DNA from: a virus
Length of the DNA stretch: 64,000 nt
Direction: 5' to 3' (one strand)
IMG/VR virus record: IMGVR_UViG_3300018080_000148
Location: 1 to 64,000 of that record
Shown here piece by piece: positions 37,882-47,444 of the stretch. The notes below the pieces were generated by a model that ran no database searches, was not told the DNA's origin, and saw only the letters and a program-made list of their open reading frames with translations. Each line of letters starts with the position of its first letter. Positions within the stretch are counted from its first letter, which is position 1. Both the position numbers and the translations under genes were made by a program.

Positions 37882-38583
37882 ATGTACGATCTTGAAGCTA
37901 TTCTTGAGTGGAACATGGACGAATTGCAGGCCAAAGCCTACAAGATCGCCCTCATATGGGAAGAACTCACGAGAGAAGAGTTTCCAGATTATCAACACAT
38001 TAGGTTGCGGCGGAAAGGAGACCCTCGAAAGTCCATTTTGTTTAAGTATTGTCGCAAGCTGGTGATGGAAACACAAGGCATGATTGCGGATAGCGAGTAT
38101 CGACTTTATGTCTTGGCCCAGCTTCACATCTTGAAAAACGCCAACCCCACCAACATTCACGCCAGGATTGATCCGGGCATTCTCTGCGGGCCGAGAGCTT
38201 GGCGGCGCTGGAAAAAATGGAAAGGGTTGTACGACAAGAAAAGAAGGGAGTACGACAACGACGTTGAAGTTGCGAAGATAACAACGCAGGTGTCGTCGAT
38301 AGAAAAGGAATTGGAAAGAACCAAGAAGTTCTTTTTTGAAAAATATAATCGGGAGCCGACCTACCAGCAGATTTATCAGGCAATGCACGATCACACGATG
38401 ATTCGGTGGGTTACGATTGACAGGGTGTCGCCTTATTACATTTTGATGTCACCTTATGTCGCTCGATCCCTGGAGGAGAGGGGGTTAGAGGAATTTTTTC
38501 TCTTCGACCTTAGTGTTTACCAAGAATCGATAACTCCAGAGATCGAGGACGTGTTTCATAAGGTATTCGATTACGAGTCTTAA
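37882..38583 (+). CDS. Hypothetical protein
   Basis: GGAGGAG RBS, 233 aa. Confidence 0.75.
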   Translation: MYDLEAILEWNMDELQAKAYKIALIWEELTREEFPDYQHIRLRRKGDPRKSILFKYCRKLVMETQGMIADSEYRLYVLAQLHILKNANPTNIHARIDPGILCGPRAWRRWKKWKGLYDKKRREYDNDVEVAKITTQVSSIEKELERTKKFFFEKYNREPTYQQIYQAMHDHTMIRWVTIDRVSPYYILMSPYVARSLEERGLEEFFLFDLSVYQESITPEIEDVFHKVFDYES

Positions 38584-40049
38584 GCTTTGCCGAGCAATCT
38601 CGCCATTCTTTCTTCTTCTTCCCGATCTCGCTTGGCAGCCTCAACGCCTTTTCTGCCCTGCTTGGCCAATCTATCCTTGATTACATGTCTCACGTAATCA
38701 GGGTCTAGCTCCCTATCTTTCCCGAAATAGTGCAGCATTGATGGCTCCATTCCCATTCCCACGCCTTTATCGAGCGGCTCAAATTCGGACTCTCCTGGTC
38801 GGCGTCGTCTGTAAAATGGAATTGAGGTAGCCGCATCCCCGCCCGGTTGGCCCATGCGGTATATTCTGTGGAGTTGTCTATACATCTTCTCTGGTGATAG
38901 TTGTAGATGTGTAGCGCTTGCGCCTAACCCCCCGCCCCTGGCCAGGGGAACGTCGAACTCTCCTGTGACGATGCCGCTCTTGGTCTTCTTTCCAGCCGAT
39001 GGTCTTTTCTTGATGGGCCCTTGCTGTGACAACCACTGGTAGAAGGGGTCGTCCTTGTCTATGGCTGATCCCATTGGAAAATACACTCCCATTCCATGCT
39101 CAGACATGTATTGGTAGAAGCTTTCTACGAAATCTACCCAAACATCCCACAACTGCTTGGTTCCAACACCTCTTCCTTGGAGTTTTTCCAGGGTTTTAAC
39201 ATAGCGATCCACTTCCCCTGGAATCCCCTTTTCAAGGGCAGCCGCCTTATCTCCTTTTACACTCCATTTCTGGGGATCGAGATCACCGGCCATATCTGGG
39301 AATACGGTGGAGTAGATGTCGATGTTGTGCGTGTCAATGCATCCAGCCCTACCGAATAGTAGTTGGGCCATAAACCCGGCTTTTACTGGTTGCACTCCTG
39401 GCAATTTGGAAAGGTGGGCGATGAGAGCCCTGTCGTCTCCCTTTTTGGCTAATGCGGGTAATGTTGTGAAATACTTCTCTTTATTAGACCATATTTGTGA
39501 CACCGTGTCCAACTTCCATCCACTTACCGTGTGCGCAAGTGAATGGTACTTGTCATCAAAAACCTTGACGATTTCTTGTAGTTGTTCTGGGGTTACTTTG
39601 TGAGGAAAGTAATGGTGCAGTATTGCCATCATCGTGTTGAATCCATCCCAATGTTTTGGAAATGGCACGTTGGCCGAGAGCGGGGAAAACATCATCGTTT
39701 GGGCGAAGTTCTCCGGGCTACTCATGGCAAAGCTTTGTATCTTTTTGATGTGCCTTGCATATCCGCTAAGGGGTGTTATTGGGCACGATCTTTTGAGATC
39801 TTCAAAAGGAGGTTCGTATTTTGCGTCGTATGGCGGCGTCCATATTTCACCTCCAGGATCTCTTTCTTCAGGAGGGGGCACTCGTTTGGGTTCGGGAGTC
39901 GTGTCAAATAGGCTGCCTTGTACATGTGTCGGCTTTTTCTTTTTCTTGCGTGCTGCTTCTTCTAGAACTTCACATAGACCAGTGCCCAGGCTGGACAATA
40001 CATAGCCCCAACAAGCTTCTTCTATATTAAACCATTCCTTGAATTCCAT
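38580..40049 (-). CDS. HhH-GPD glycosylase-like protein with capsid-targeting-like N-terminus
   Basis: LSKLPGVQPVKAGF...CIDTHN motif; starts MEFKEWFNIEE. Confidence 0.6.
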   Translation of the reverse strand: MEFKEWFNIEEACWGYVLSSLGTGLCEVLEEAARKKKKKPTHVQGSLFDTTPEPKRVPPPEERDPGGEIWTPPYDAKYEPPFEDLKRSCPITPLSGYARHIKKIQSFAMSSPENFAQTMMFSPLSANVPFPKHWDGFNTMMAILHHYFPHKVTPEQLQEIVKVFDDKYHSLAHTVSGWKLDTVSQIWSNKEKYFTTLPALAKKGDDRALIAHLSKLPGVQPVKAGFMAQLLFGRAGCIDTHNIDIYSTVFPDMAGDLDPQKWSVKGDKAAALEKGIPGEVDRYVKTLEKLQGRGVGTKQLWDVWVDFVESFYQYMSEHGMGVYFPMGSAIDKDDPFYQWLSQQGPIKKRPSAGKKTKSGIVTGEFDVPLARGGGLGASATHLQLSPEKMYRQLHRIYRMGQPGGDAATSIPFYRRRRPGESEFEPLDKGVGMGMEPSMLHYFGKDRELDPDYVRHVIKDRLAKQGRKGVEAAKRDREEEERMARLLGKA

Positions 40050-40057
40050 ACTTCTAT

Positions 40058-41572
40058 CTAGCTCCCGGCTGTAAGATTTGTTACTTTCACGATCACTCGT
40101 TCAGAACGAGGCTCGAAGGTGATTGCCGTGCCGCTACGAGAGCCACCCGGCCTGTGATAAATCAGTTTTACGTAGGTGCTGTTGTCTATCACATCAACAG
40201 TTGCATCCGGTCTTGCCTTCAATTTGGATTTGGGGTCCGAGGTGGCGATGAAGTCTTTTTGCATGTTTCCCGACCAATTTGCACCGCCTCTGGATGTACG
40301 AGCATAATTCCTAACGGCTGGGAGTGTGTCGTATCGCTCTCCCTTTGCTACCACCCCGGACATTAGGTCATTCAATAGTGCAACGAACTTCTTGGGATTT
40401 CCCTGGAATGCTTGGGCTGGCCTGCTGAGCAAGTCGATCACAGCTACCCTCCAGTCCTTGTAGTATGTGTCGTGCGCTGTGTTTGCCAACGCATTGCTCA
40501 AATCCCGGTCGAATTTCTGATCGCCACGCCCACCAAGAAGGTGGTAGGCGGGCAAGGGCCCGAGGCTGGCAATGTGAACTTTATGCTCCGTGGTGAATTT
40601 TACATTCCACCCCAACTGACTTCTTTCGCCCTGTTCTAATGCTGAACTACAAAACAAAACCAAATCGGCTGGATTATGTCTGACATCCGGCCAATCAGCT
40701 TCCCCACCGGTAAAAGCTATTTGATCCGGCTGACATTTAAGCACCTGTTGGCTGCGACGAAATATTTGATCTCCCAAGTCCCTAGCATTTTCCACGACCA
40801 TGTGGTGCAAAAGATCGACAGCTTGTTGTTTCTTGGTGCGGAAATGAATCATCTTAGAAGCAATCTGTTCTAAGTACCTTTCTCGCTTTTTCTCAAACAA
40901 ATCAACTGTTGTGGCACCATTGCCGAAATCAAATTCGTCCCTATCCACAAGCTTCCTGGTAGTTATGAGGTGAAGAAACACCTCCACCTCAAACAAATAT
41001 CCAAGTTCTGCGCCAAACCTACTTGCGCTTTGCCGAATAGCACGCTTAAAAGTATCCCATTCGCCAGTATTCCAGCCAGGATCGTTTAAGCCTTTTAGAG
41101 ATGCAACGGCCCCCAACTCTTTTTCATTGGGTCTTGTTTCCAGCATAGGGTCGTTGTGAGCAGCCAACCGCATGGGACTAAGACTGCCCGCTCCTGTACG
41201 CATCGGCATACTAAGTGTAGCGGGCTCGGATGAGGCCCCCATTATCGATTCATAGTCGTTGGGGAATTGGAAAGACACCCTTCCTTGTTCGGACTCAAAC
41301 TTCTGGAGAGTTCGTTGTTTTACCTTGTTGAAAAAATCATCCAATCCCTCCTCCTCCTGCATCCACTCTTTGAAGCTTAGGGCTAGTTTGCGGAATTGGT
41401 TGAGGGGACGGTATGGGTTGGTGAGGATTTTGTTCACTTCTTTTTTGCCCTTTGCGTTGGTAAGCTTATCCCACGCCTTTCTCCGGGACTCACGAGTGTA
41501 TTTCTTGAACACACCCGCCAGCTTTTCCATCATGTCCTGAATGGCTTCTTTTTGGCTTGATTTTTGTCCCAT
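40058..41572 (-). CDS. Hypothetical protein (504 aa)
   Basis: Long ORF with AAGGGA RBS; internal SFKEWMQEE near residue 65. Confidence 0.7.
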   Translation of the reverse strand: MGQKSSQKEAIQDMMEKLAGVFKKYTRESRRKAWDKLTNAKGKKEVNKILTNPYRPLNQFRKLALSFKEWMQEEEGLDDFFNKVKQRTLQKFESEQGRVSFQFPNDYESIMGASSEPATLSMPMRTGAGSLSPMRLAAHNDPMLETRPNEKELGAVASLKGLNDPGWNTGEWDTFKRAIRQSASRFGAELGYLFEVEVFLHLITTRKLVDRDEFDFGNGATTVDLFEKKRERYLEQIASKMIHFRTKKQQAVDLLHHMVVENARDLGDQIFRRSQQVLKCQPDQIAFTGGEADWPDVRHNPADLVLFCSSALEQGERSQLGWNVKFTTEHKVHIASLGPLPAYHLLGGRGDQKFDRDLSNALANTAHDTYYKDWRVAVIDLLSRPAQAFQGNPKKFVALLNDLMSGVVAKGERYDTLPAVRNYARTSRGGANWSGNMQKDFIATSDPKSKLKARPDATVDVIDNSTYVKLIYHRPGGSRSGTAITFEPRSERVIVKVTNLTAGS

Positions 41573-41591
41573 TTGTCCCTTTTGTGTCCCA

Positions 41592-42380
41592 TTAGTACCA
41601 ATGCAGAGTGTTGGCTATTGTTTCAGTAATCTCTTCTCTTGGTTGAGTGGGACAGAAGTACCAGTCTGTATCTGTGGGCATGATCTCCCAACTGTGTCCT
41701 CGCCCCACTGCGGATTCCACGTTGTAGTTGGTCATGCGGATCAAGCCTGTCTGTGGATCGTAAGTGACGTGAGTTTGGTTTTCTTCTACCCTTTGCTGAT
41801 CTTGAGCTTCGATTCCGTGGCCTCGTACCCCAAGTCGGATGATATAGCTGTTTTCATTCAATTTGCGGATACCCTCGAACATGAAAATAGACCGAGCGGT
41901 GCGCCGCACAGCGCTGGCGATATTGGCCACCAAGGCTTCCATTTCATCGAAGTCGTGTTTGGCGGAATCGGGTGGTTTCTCGTCGATCTTTTCCAATGCT
42001 TCAAGAAGTTCGTGAGCCACAGCGTCTTCGTACCCGCCGTATCCTGTTTGGTCAACTTGATACACCTTCTTGGTGATCCATCTGGGGATGCCAGTTAGAT
42101 CGACCGTCTGCTTTTCCAGCATGATGTTCAGACCCGTGCCAATCCAAATTCGCACGGCTCCCGGCCCCTCACCCCAATGAAGTTCATTGACGAATTTGAT
42201 ACAGGGCTCTTTGTGTCCTAGTCTATGCATCTCCAGGTACTCAAGGAGCTTTTCGATGTTTATCTGTTTGACTGGCTTGTCGTCCTTCTTCTTGTTGTAT
42301 TGCGGCTTGATGTCTTGGTCGAAGCCGAACACATCTCGGAATTCCTTTAATAACCAGTTCTTGAAGCTAAAGTTCACCAT
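41592..42380 (-). CDS. Hypothetical protein (putative virion protein)
   Basis: Starts MVNFSFKNWLLKE; CTAAATA 4 nt upstream. Confidence 0.75.
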   Translation of the reverse strand: MVNFSFKNWLLKEFRDVFGFDQDIKPQYNKKKDDKPVKQINIEKLLEYLEMHRLGHKEPCIKFVNELHWGEGPGAVRIWIGTGLNIMLEKQTVDLTGIPRWITKKVYQVDQTGYGGYEDAVAHELLEALEKIDEKPPDSAKHDFDEMEALVANIASAVRRTARSIFMFEGIRKLNENSYIIRLGVRGHGIEAQDQQRVEENQTHVTYDPQTGLIRMTNYNVESAVGRGHSWEIMPTDTDWYFCPTQPREEITETIANTLHWY

Positions 42381-42384
42381 ACGT

Positions 42385-42420
42385 TATTTAGAATTGCATT
42401 CACTGTTTCTGTACTATATA
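42385..42420. promoter_or_regulatory. Divergent pair of putative late promoters
   Basis: CTAAATA (-, 42385-42391) and CTATATA (+, 42414-42420), each 4-5 nt before an ATG with no SD. Confidence 0.55.
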
Positions 42421-42425
42421 CTGTC

Positions 42426-42803
42426 ATGAAAAGATTTACTGTTTGGATGGAACAACGGAACGAAGCGGTTGTCAGAGACGCCATTGTGTCAAAAGTTCGC
42501 TCAGATCTCGGCGGTGGGGACGACGATGAAGTCCTCCAGATGAGAACCACAGAACTGAGTAGCGAGATGCAGCGGGAATTGCTGAAGCTAGGGCCGGTAA
42601 TGGATCTGGTCGATGATTCGCAAATCGATCAACTGATGGACTTTATGCGTCAAGAAGACACCACTGTAGGCACTTTGGTAGAAAAAATTCTGGGAGGAGG
42701 ACCGAACCCTACGCCAGAACCGGAGTCTTTACCTCCAGAAACCAATCCGGCTATGGCTCCCCAACAAGTTCAGAGTACGCCTACGGGGACGGGATGGTCA
42801 TGA
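42426..42803 (+). CDS. Hypothetical protein (putative virion protein)
   Basis: Starts MKRFTVWMEQRNE. Confidence 0.7.
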   Translation: MKRFTVWMEQRNEAVVRDAIVSKVRSDLGGGDDDEVLQMRTTELSSEMQRELLKLGPVMDLVDDSQIDQLMDFMRQEDTTVGTLVEKILGGGPNPTPEPESLPPETNPAMAPQQVQSTPTGTGWS

Positions 42804-43438
42804 GGAAGTTTCACCAGTTTGTAGAAGAGAGAGAAAAAATGGCAATGCCAGGAGAGAAAGTGTGCATTATCATGCGAGGGCTGCCCGGCTCGGGCAAGTC
42901 CACCAAGATCAATGCGCTCTTGAAGAAATATGGTGGCGACTGGGATCACGTCTTCTCGGCGGATAACTACTTCATCCCCAAAACCCTAGAGAGAAGGGCC
43001 CGAGGAGAAGAGGTCTCTGCCGCAGATGAATTGGGGGAGTACACTAGCAATTGGAAGCCCGACCGATTGGGAGCGGCACATGGCAACAACATCAAGCAGG
43101 CTAAGGCTGCCATGGATCTGGGCATGTCGCCCATTATCATCGATAACACCAATGTTAAGCCTTGGGACTTTCAGAAGTATATCGAATACGCCGATAAGGT
43201 TGGTTACAAGATCATCTTCGAGGAGCCCACATCTCCCTGGTGGCTTGAGTACCGGCCTTACTTGCGTGATCGTAAGCTCGATCCTTCTAAACTGGATGAG
43301 TTCGCCGCCATCCTTGCGCAACGAAACATGCACGGCGTCCCTCAAGCTACTATTCGTCGAATGATGGATAAGTGGCAGGACAACTTTGACTTGGACGTGC
43401 TTCTTGGAAAGAAGAAGCCGCCGAAGGACAAGAAGTAA
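42800..43438 (+). CDS. P-loop kinase, N4BP2/polynucleotide-kinase-like (AAA_33)
   Basis: IMRGLPGSGKST, FSADNYF, IIIDNTN and RNMHGVP motifs; ATGA coupling. Confidence 0.85.
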   Translation: MRKFHQFVEEREKMAMPGEKVCIIMRGLPGSGKSTKINALLKKYGGDWDHVFSADNYFIPKTLERRARGEEVSAADELGEYTSNWKPDRLGAAHGNNIKQAKAAMDLGMSPIIIDNTNVKPWDFQKYIEYADKVGYKIIFEEPTSPWWLEYRPYLRDRKLDPSKLDEFAAILAQRNMHGVPQATIRRMMDKWQDNFDLDVLLGKKKPPKDKK

Positions 43439-44878
43439 TCACATTGGGAAGTCAATCTCTTCCCGAACCTCAACGTCGTGGCCCTCCTCTTTGAGGATCT
43501 TGATTCGCTTCATGGAGTGGCCTTCTAGGTACTCGTTGATTTTAAAAATGAAATCGTAGTAGTTCAGGATGTTCTTGTCGCCCGCCACTCGGAGCCCACG
43601 ACCCATCCTCTGTACTATTTGGTGGTCTGCTTGACCACCTGCGGCGTTGATTAGGTTGTGGACGAATACGTTGATGCCAGCATTGAAAATGCCCTGGGTG
43701 GCGATTCCCACCACATTTCCCGCCGAGGAAGTGAGTTTCTCAATAACATACTTGCGTGTGTCTAAATCGTCTTTACCCTGGACCCATAATGACCCTGGAA
43801 TCATCTTGTTCAGGGTGTCTCCGTGCGGAAGTCGCTCCACCAAGATAAGTGTTCTGCCGGTGAGGGTTTTTGATAATCCCACCACCATTTTGTGGAAATA
43901 AATGTTTTCGGCTATACCTTTGGTAACAGCGTCCAAATAGATTTCATAGGGCAGATCGGGTTTGCTGACTATGTAGAATGTGCATTTCGATCCCGATAGA
44001 ATGTCTCTTCCCTGCAATTCCTTGGTTGTTAGAACGCCGTCTTCGCCCGCCGTATCTGTTCGCATGATCGGCCCGAAGTATCCCTTGACGGCATACTTCT
44101 GCGTTTTATGTTGCCCACCATACTTGAATGGTGTCGCACTCACCGCCACACGAACTGAACACGCCTTTAGCTTGTTGTAATACTTCTTCGGCGTCTTGGA
44201 CATCATCTCGTGAATTTCATCCACGATTAACGCCCGCACGTGCGGAAGTAACTTCTCTATCTTATGGAGGGACTGAACGGTCGCACAAGTGAATACGTTG
44301 GGGTCTTTGTGCTTGTCGTAGAGGCGACCGACGTTCTCGAACCCCCACGATCTCATGGCATCATAGTTTTGATCTACCAAACTTTTTCTGTTGGCGAGGA
44401 TCAGGGTGGGAGTTTTTGGCGGCAATGCCTTCAGGATTCCCATCATGATTACGGTCTTGCCAGCCGATGTGGGAGCCTGTATCACCCCTCTCCTGTGTAG
44501 AAGCATCTGATTTATCAGATCAATCTGATAATCATAGGGGTCTTTGTGCTTGTCTTCTTCGGGAAGCCATTCCCGGACTAACTTCTCGGTGATCTTCGGA
44601 ATCCGAAATACAACTGGATTCCTCTTGTCTTTTAGTTGGTAACCCACTTTCCAGTGCCTAAGCGCAAGTTCCACCTCCGGAAGAAGACCTGTCAGAAACC
44701 TTCCCGTTTCTCTTTTGAAAAAGTCAATGTATCCATCCCACAGTTTTTGCTTGTACAGACGACTGTGCCAGTAGCCTCTTTCCTTCCATCGCAAGGCTCG
44801 CCACAAACCGTCTTTTACACGCTTGTCAGATTGCAGATATGAATAGCAGTTTTCAGCTACGATTATTGCCTGTTTCAT
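43439..44878 (-). CDS. uvsW: UvsW-like SF2 helicase
   Basis: YDYQ, APTSAGKT, IVDEIH, SATP, QRMGRGLR, YDF and HS.KR motifs. Confidence 0.88.
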   Translation of the reverse strand: MKQAIIVAENCYSYLQSDKRVKDGLWRALRWKERGYWHSRLYKQKLWDGYIDFFKRETGRFLTGLLPEVELALRHWKVGYQLKDKRNPVVFRIPKITEKLVREWLPEEDKHKDPYDYQIDLINQMLLHRRGVIQAPTSAGKTVIMMGILKALPPKTPTLILANRKSLVDQNYDAMRSWGFENVGRLYDKHKDPNVFTCATVQSLHKIEKLLPHVRALIVDEIHEMMSKTPKKYYNKLKACSVRVAVSATPFKYGGQHKTQKYAVKGYFGPIMRTDTAGEDGVLTTKELQGRDILSGSKCTFYIVSKPDLPYEIYLDAVTKGIAENIYFHKMVVGLSKTLTGRTLILVERLPHGDTLNKMIPGSLWVQGKDDLDTRKYVIEKLTSSAGNVVGIATQGIFNAGINVFVHNLINAAGGQADHQIVQRMGRGLRVAGDKNILNYYDFIFKINEYLEGHSMKRIKILKEEGHDVEVREEIDFPM

Positions 44879-44982
44879 GTTCTATTATGCCTTTAGCGCA
44901 TACCCTCACATCCTCCGCAAGTCTATCAGTATCTATCGGTTTTGTAAACACGAATTTCGGCCTGGAGCACTTAAATAATGAC

Positions 44983-45543
44983 ATGGAGATAGTGCCAACA
45001 ATCAAAAAGTTGAGAAACAATTATGACTTGAAGACATGGTTCGGCTTCAAGGGCTATGTAGAAAAGAATATTGAGGATGTCTGCAAGGCATTAGACACGA
45101 GATGGTTGGTTTCGATCTGCGATACATATGCTGATTTTGCAGAGCCCCATGAGGCGGCGTGCGCCCTGATAGTTGTTACTACCGTCAACATGGAGAAGTT
45201 GGCATTCTCCATCCGTGGGTCGAACAATTTTGATCGGCCTCCACGCCAACCATTGTGGGATGGAGTGGAATCCTATCTCCTTGCGAAAGGCGATATGATT
45301 CCCAATTTTTGTTTCCGGTTACGTCGCACGCTCAAAGAATTCCCTCACCTGCTAAGAATTTATGAAACCGTGTGGAGAAGGATGGTGGCAGCCGAGAATA
45401 CCAGTCTGGGAGTTATGCAAAAAGCAAACAGGTTTGACTTCAATCAACTTTTGACCAGCGATAAAGTGCCTCGTGCGATGACAAGGCTGCAAAAGTCTAA
45501 GATGAAATTGTTGGCCAATGTGAATAGGATTAAATTATCGTGA
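44983..45543 (+). CDS. Hypothetical protein
   Basis: RWLVSICDTYAD motif; TTAAATA 5 nt before the ATG. Confidence 0.6.
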   Translation: MEIVPTIKKLRNNYDLKTWFGFKGYVEKNIEDVCKALDTRWLVSICDTYADFAEPHEAACALIVVTTVNMEKLAFSIRGSNNFDRPPRQPLWDGVESYLLAKGDMIPNFCFRLRRTLKEFPHLLRIYETVWRRMVAAENTSLGVMQKANRFDFNQLLTSDKVPRAMTRLQKSKMKLLANVNRIKLS

Positions 45544-45549
45544 GGTAAC

Positions 45550-45933
45550 ATGAAAGCTGGAAAGATCTGGGGACAAACAGAGTTGATTCATGCTAATGGC
45601 TTGTTTGAATTTCATCGTGTGGAATACAAAGCTGGTTTCAGATGTTCGGAACATCACCATCAATACAAATGGAATGGGTTTTTCGTGGAATCCGGCAAGT
45701 TGATTGTTAGGGTATGGCAGGATGAACAGGGTCTAGTCGATGAAACCACACTGGAAGCTGGCGACTTCACGATGGTGAAGCCGGGGAAGGTACACCAGTT
45801 CGAGGGCGTTGAAGATGGGGTGGCTTTTGAACTTTATTGGGCCGAGTTTGACCACAGCGATATTGTCAGGAGGACGGTTGGGGGGCGGGCTCCCAAGGCG
45901 GCAGCCAACAAGGATTCTCCAAATCCCCCTTAA
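45550..45933 (+). CDS. Cupin domain protein (sugar isomerase-like)
   Basis: GKIWG, CSEHHH.YKWNGFFVESG and VKPGKVHQF motifs. Confidence 0.85.
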   Translation: MKAGKIWGQTELIHANGLFEFHRVEYKAGFRCSEHHHQYKWNGFFVESGKLIVRVWQDEQGLVDETTLEAGDFTMVKPGKVHQFEGVEDGVAFELYWAEFDHSDIVRRTVGGRAPKAAANKDSPNPP

Positions 45934-46462
45934 ACTGATCTTTGCGAAACACTACAAGCTTGACACAGAGATCAACATGCTCTCCAACAGGGAAGTAAGT
46001 GTTTACGGCTCGAACTGGGCCGTTTAATCCCCTACCATCTTTGGCATAATCATGGAAAGCCAGCAACCCATCATCCTTTAGCTTGGGGATAGACACAAGA
46101 ATGTCTTTTGAAACACTATCGAACTTGTGGCAACCATCAATAAATGCCAAGTCAAAATGCTTGTCGGGCAACTGGGGGACAATCTTCTCGCTTCGCTCCC
46201 TGTGGTGAGTAATTTCAGGATATGGCTCCACGTTCTCTCGAAATGTGTCATACCTAGCAAGATCTGCGCCCTCCCAAAATGGATCAATACAGGTGACTGA
46301 TTTAGCCCCCCCTTGAATCATGGCAATGGCCGAAGCCCCAAAAGCACTTCCTATTTCCAATACGTCCTTGCCAGCAGCGTGTCGCTGTAGCATTTGCAAC
46401 TCGTCTCGACGCACTAAAGCTTGAATCTTGCCCCAGTGTTTTCTTTTCAATGTATTTTCCAT
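45866..46462 (-). CDS. Class I SAM-dependent methyltransferase (Methyltransf_24-like)
   Basis: VLEIGSAFGAS, CIDP, FDLAFIDGCH and LAFHDY motifs. Confidence 0.88.
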   Translation of the reverse strand: MENTLKRKHWGKIQALVRRDELQMLQRHAAGKDVLEIGSAFGASAIAMIQGGAKSVTCIDPFWEGADLARYDTFRENVEPYPEITHHRERSEKIVPQLPDKHFDLAFIDGCHKFDSVSKDILVSIPKLKDDGLLAFHDYAKDGRGLNGPVRAVNTYFPVGEHVDLCVKLVVFRKDQFKGDLENPCWLPPWEPAPQPSS

Positions 46463-46647
46463 GTTAATAGGAGAGTGTGGTGAATCTAATTGTAATCAAA
46501 TGGCCGAATATCCCAATTATTTTTAGAATACGATTTGGCGAAAATCTAATTGGGTGAAAAGGTGCCTAAAACAAGGGGAAAACAGGGGCAATCTAATTTT
46601 TTGCATGTTAGTGAAATGTAACAAATTTATAATTACTCTTCAACAAC

Positions 46648-46681
46648 AAAAAAAGACCGTCACGCTGGGCGTGACGGTCTT
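46648..46681 (-). terminator. Intrinsic terminator
   Basis: AAGACCGTCACGC-TGG-GCGTGACGGTCTT with U-tract on the minus strand. Confidence 0.8.
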
Positions 46682-46706
46682 GGCTGATTGTTAAAGTAGT
46701 GGTGGG

Positions 46707-46934
46707 TCAGCACACGTCGCCACATCTACGCCCGTACAGTTCTGCGTTCACTGTGGCAAGAACCTTCTTGAGAACTGCACGCTCTAATTCATTGTCCATA
46801 TCCGGCCCATGCAAGGCCATTTCTTGGATCAATCCATGGTATTGACGCAACCCCGCCCAGGCTTGGTCTCTCGTGGCGTTAAGCATTGCTGCTCGATCAT
46901 CTGGGTTTTCCGGTGGGCTTTCCGGCACTGGCAA
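46707..46934 (-). CDS. Hypothetical protein
   Basis: 75 aa ORF ending just before the terminator. Confidence 0.45.
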   Translation of the reverse strand: MPVPESPPENPDDRAAMLNATRDQAWAGLRQYHGLIQEMALHGPDMDNELERAVLKKVLATVNAELYGRRCGDVC

Positions 46935-47130
46935 CTTCCTTTCTGATCTCTCGATCAGCTTCTCGAAGGTCTTCGGTAATATCCACTTCTTTTAATCCCT
47001 GCTTGAAGGCGGTAACAGACCCGCCCAGGGACCGCATTACGCTTGGAAGCCTGCTACCGAATAAAAGAAGCATTATTCCAGCGATAATCAAAAGCTCGGT
47101 GGGTCCGGGCATTCCGATGAAGGCGAACAT
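46897..47130 (-). CDS. tatA: Twin-arginine translocase TatA/TatE subunit
   Basis: G..ELLII...LLLFG.RLP...RSLG...FKQG signature. Confidence 0.88.
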   Translation of the reverse strand: MFAFIGMPGPTELLIIAGIMLLLFGSRLPSVMRSLGGSVTAFKQGLKEVDITEDLREADREIRKEVASAGKPTGKPR

Positions 47131-47139
47131 GGGGAACCC

Positions 47140-47436
47140 TTATGCTTGATTGATTTCGGACGTAACCTTGAAACATTGTCGGCAGAGATAGTTGGCAATG
47201 GCCACGGAATCGTGTGGCCAAAAACCCTCCCCTTCGGGATTGAGCCGAGGAGGATCATTATCATGGATGCGGCAGATCGAAGCATCACCACCGGTCATTT
47301 CCATGGCCGTGAGGATCAGTTCGGCCTCTGCGCCGCAGTGGACGCATTTCATGGTCTCGGGCCAAGGGGCCTGCCAACTGGCGTCTACCCCCTTGTTGCC
47401 GATGTAAACATCTACGTGTTCTGCGGGTTCGCTCAT
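47140..47436 (-). CDS. Hypothetical Zn-binding protein
   Basis: CVHC...CRQC. Confidence 0.55.
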   Translation of the reverse strand: MSEPAEHVDVYIGNKGVDASWQAPWPETMKCVHCGAEAELILTAMEMTGGDASICRIHDNDPPRLNPEGEGFWPHDSVAIANYLCRQCFKVTSEINQA

Positions 47437-47444
47437 TTTTTCTC

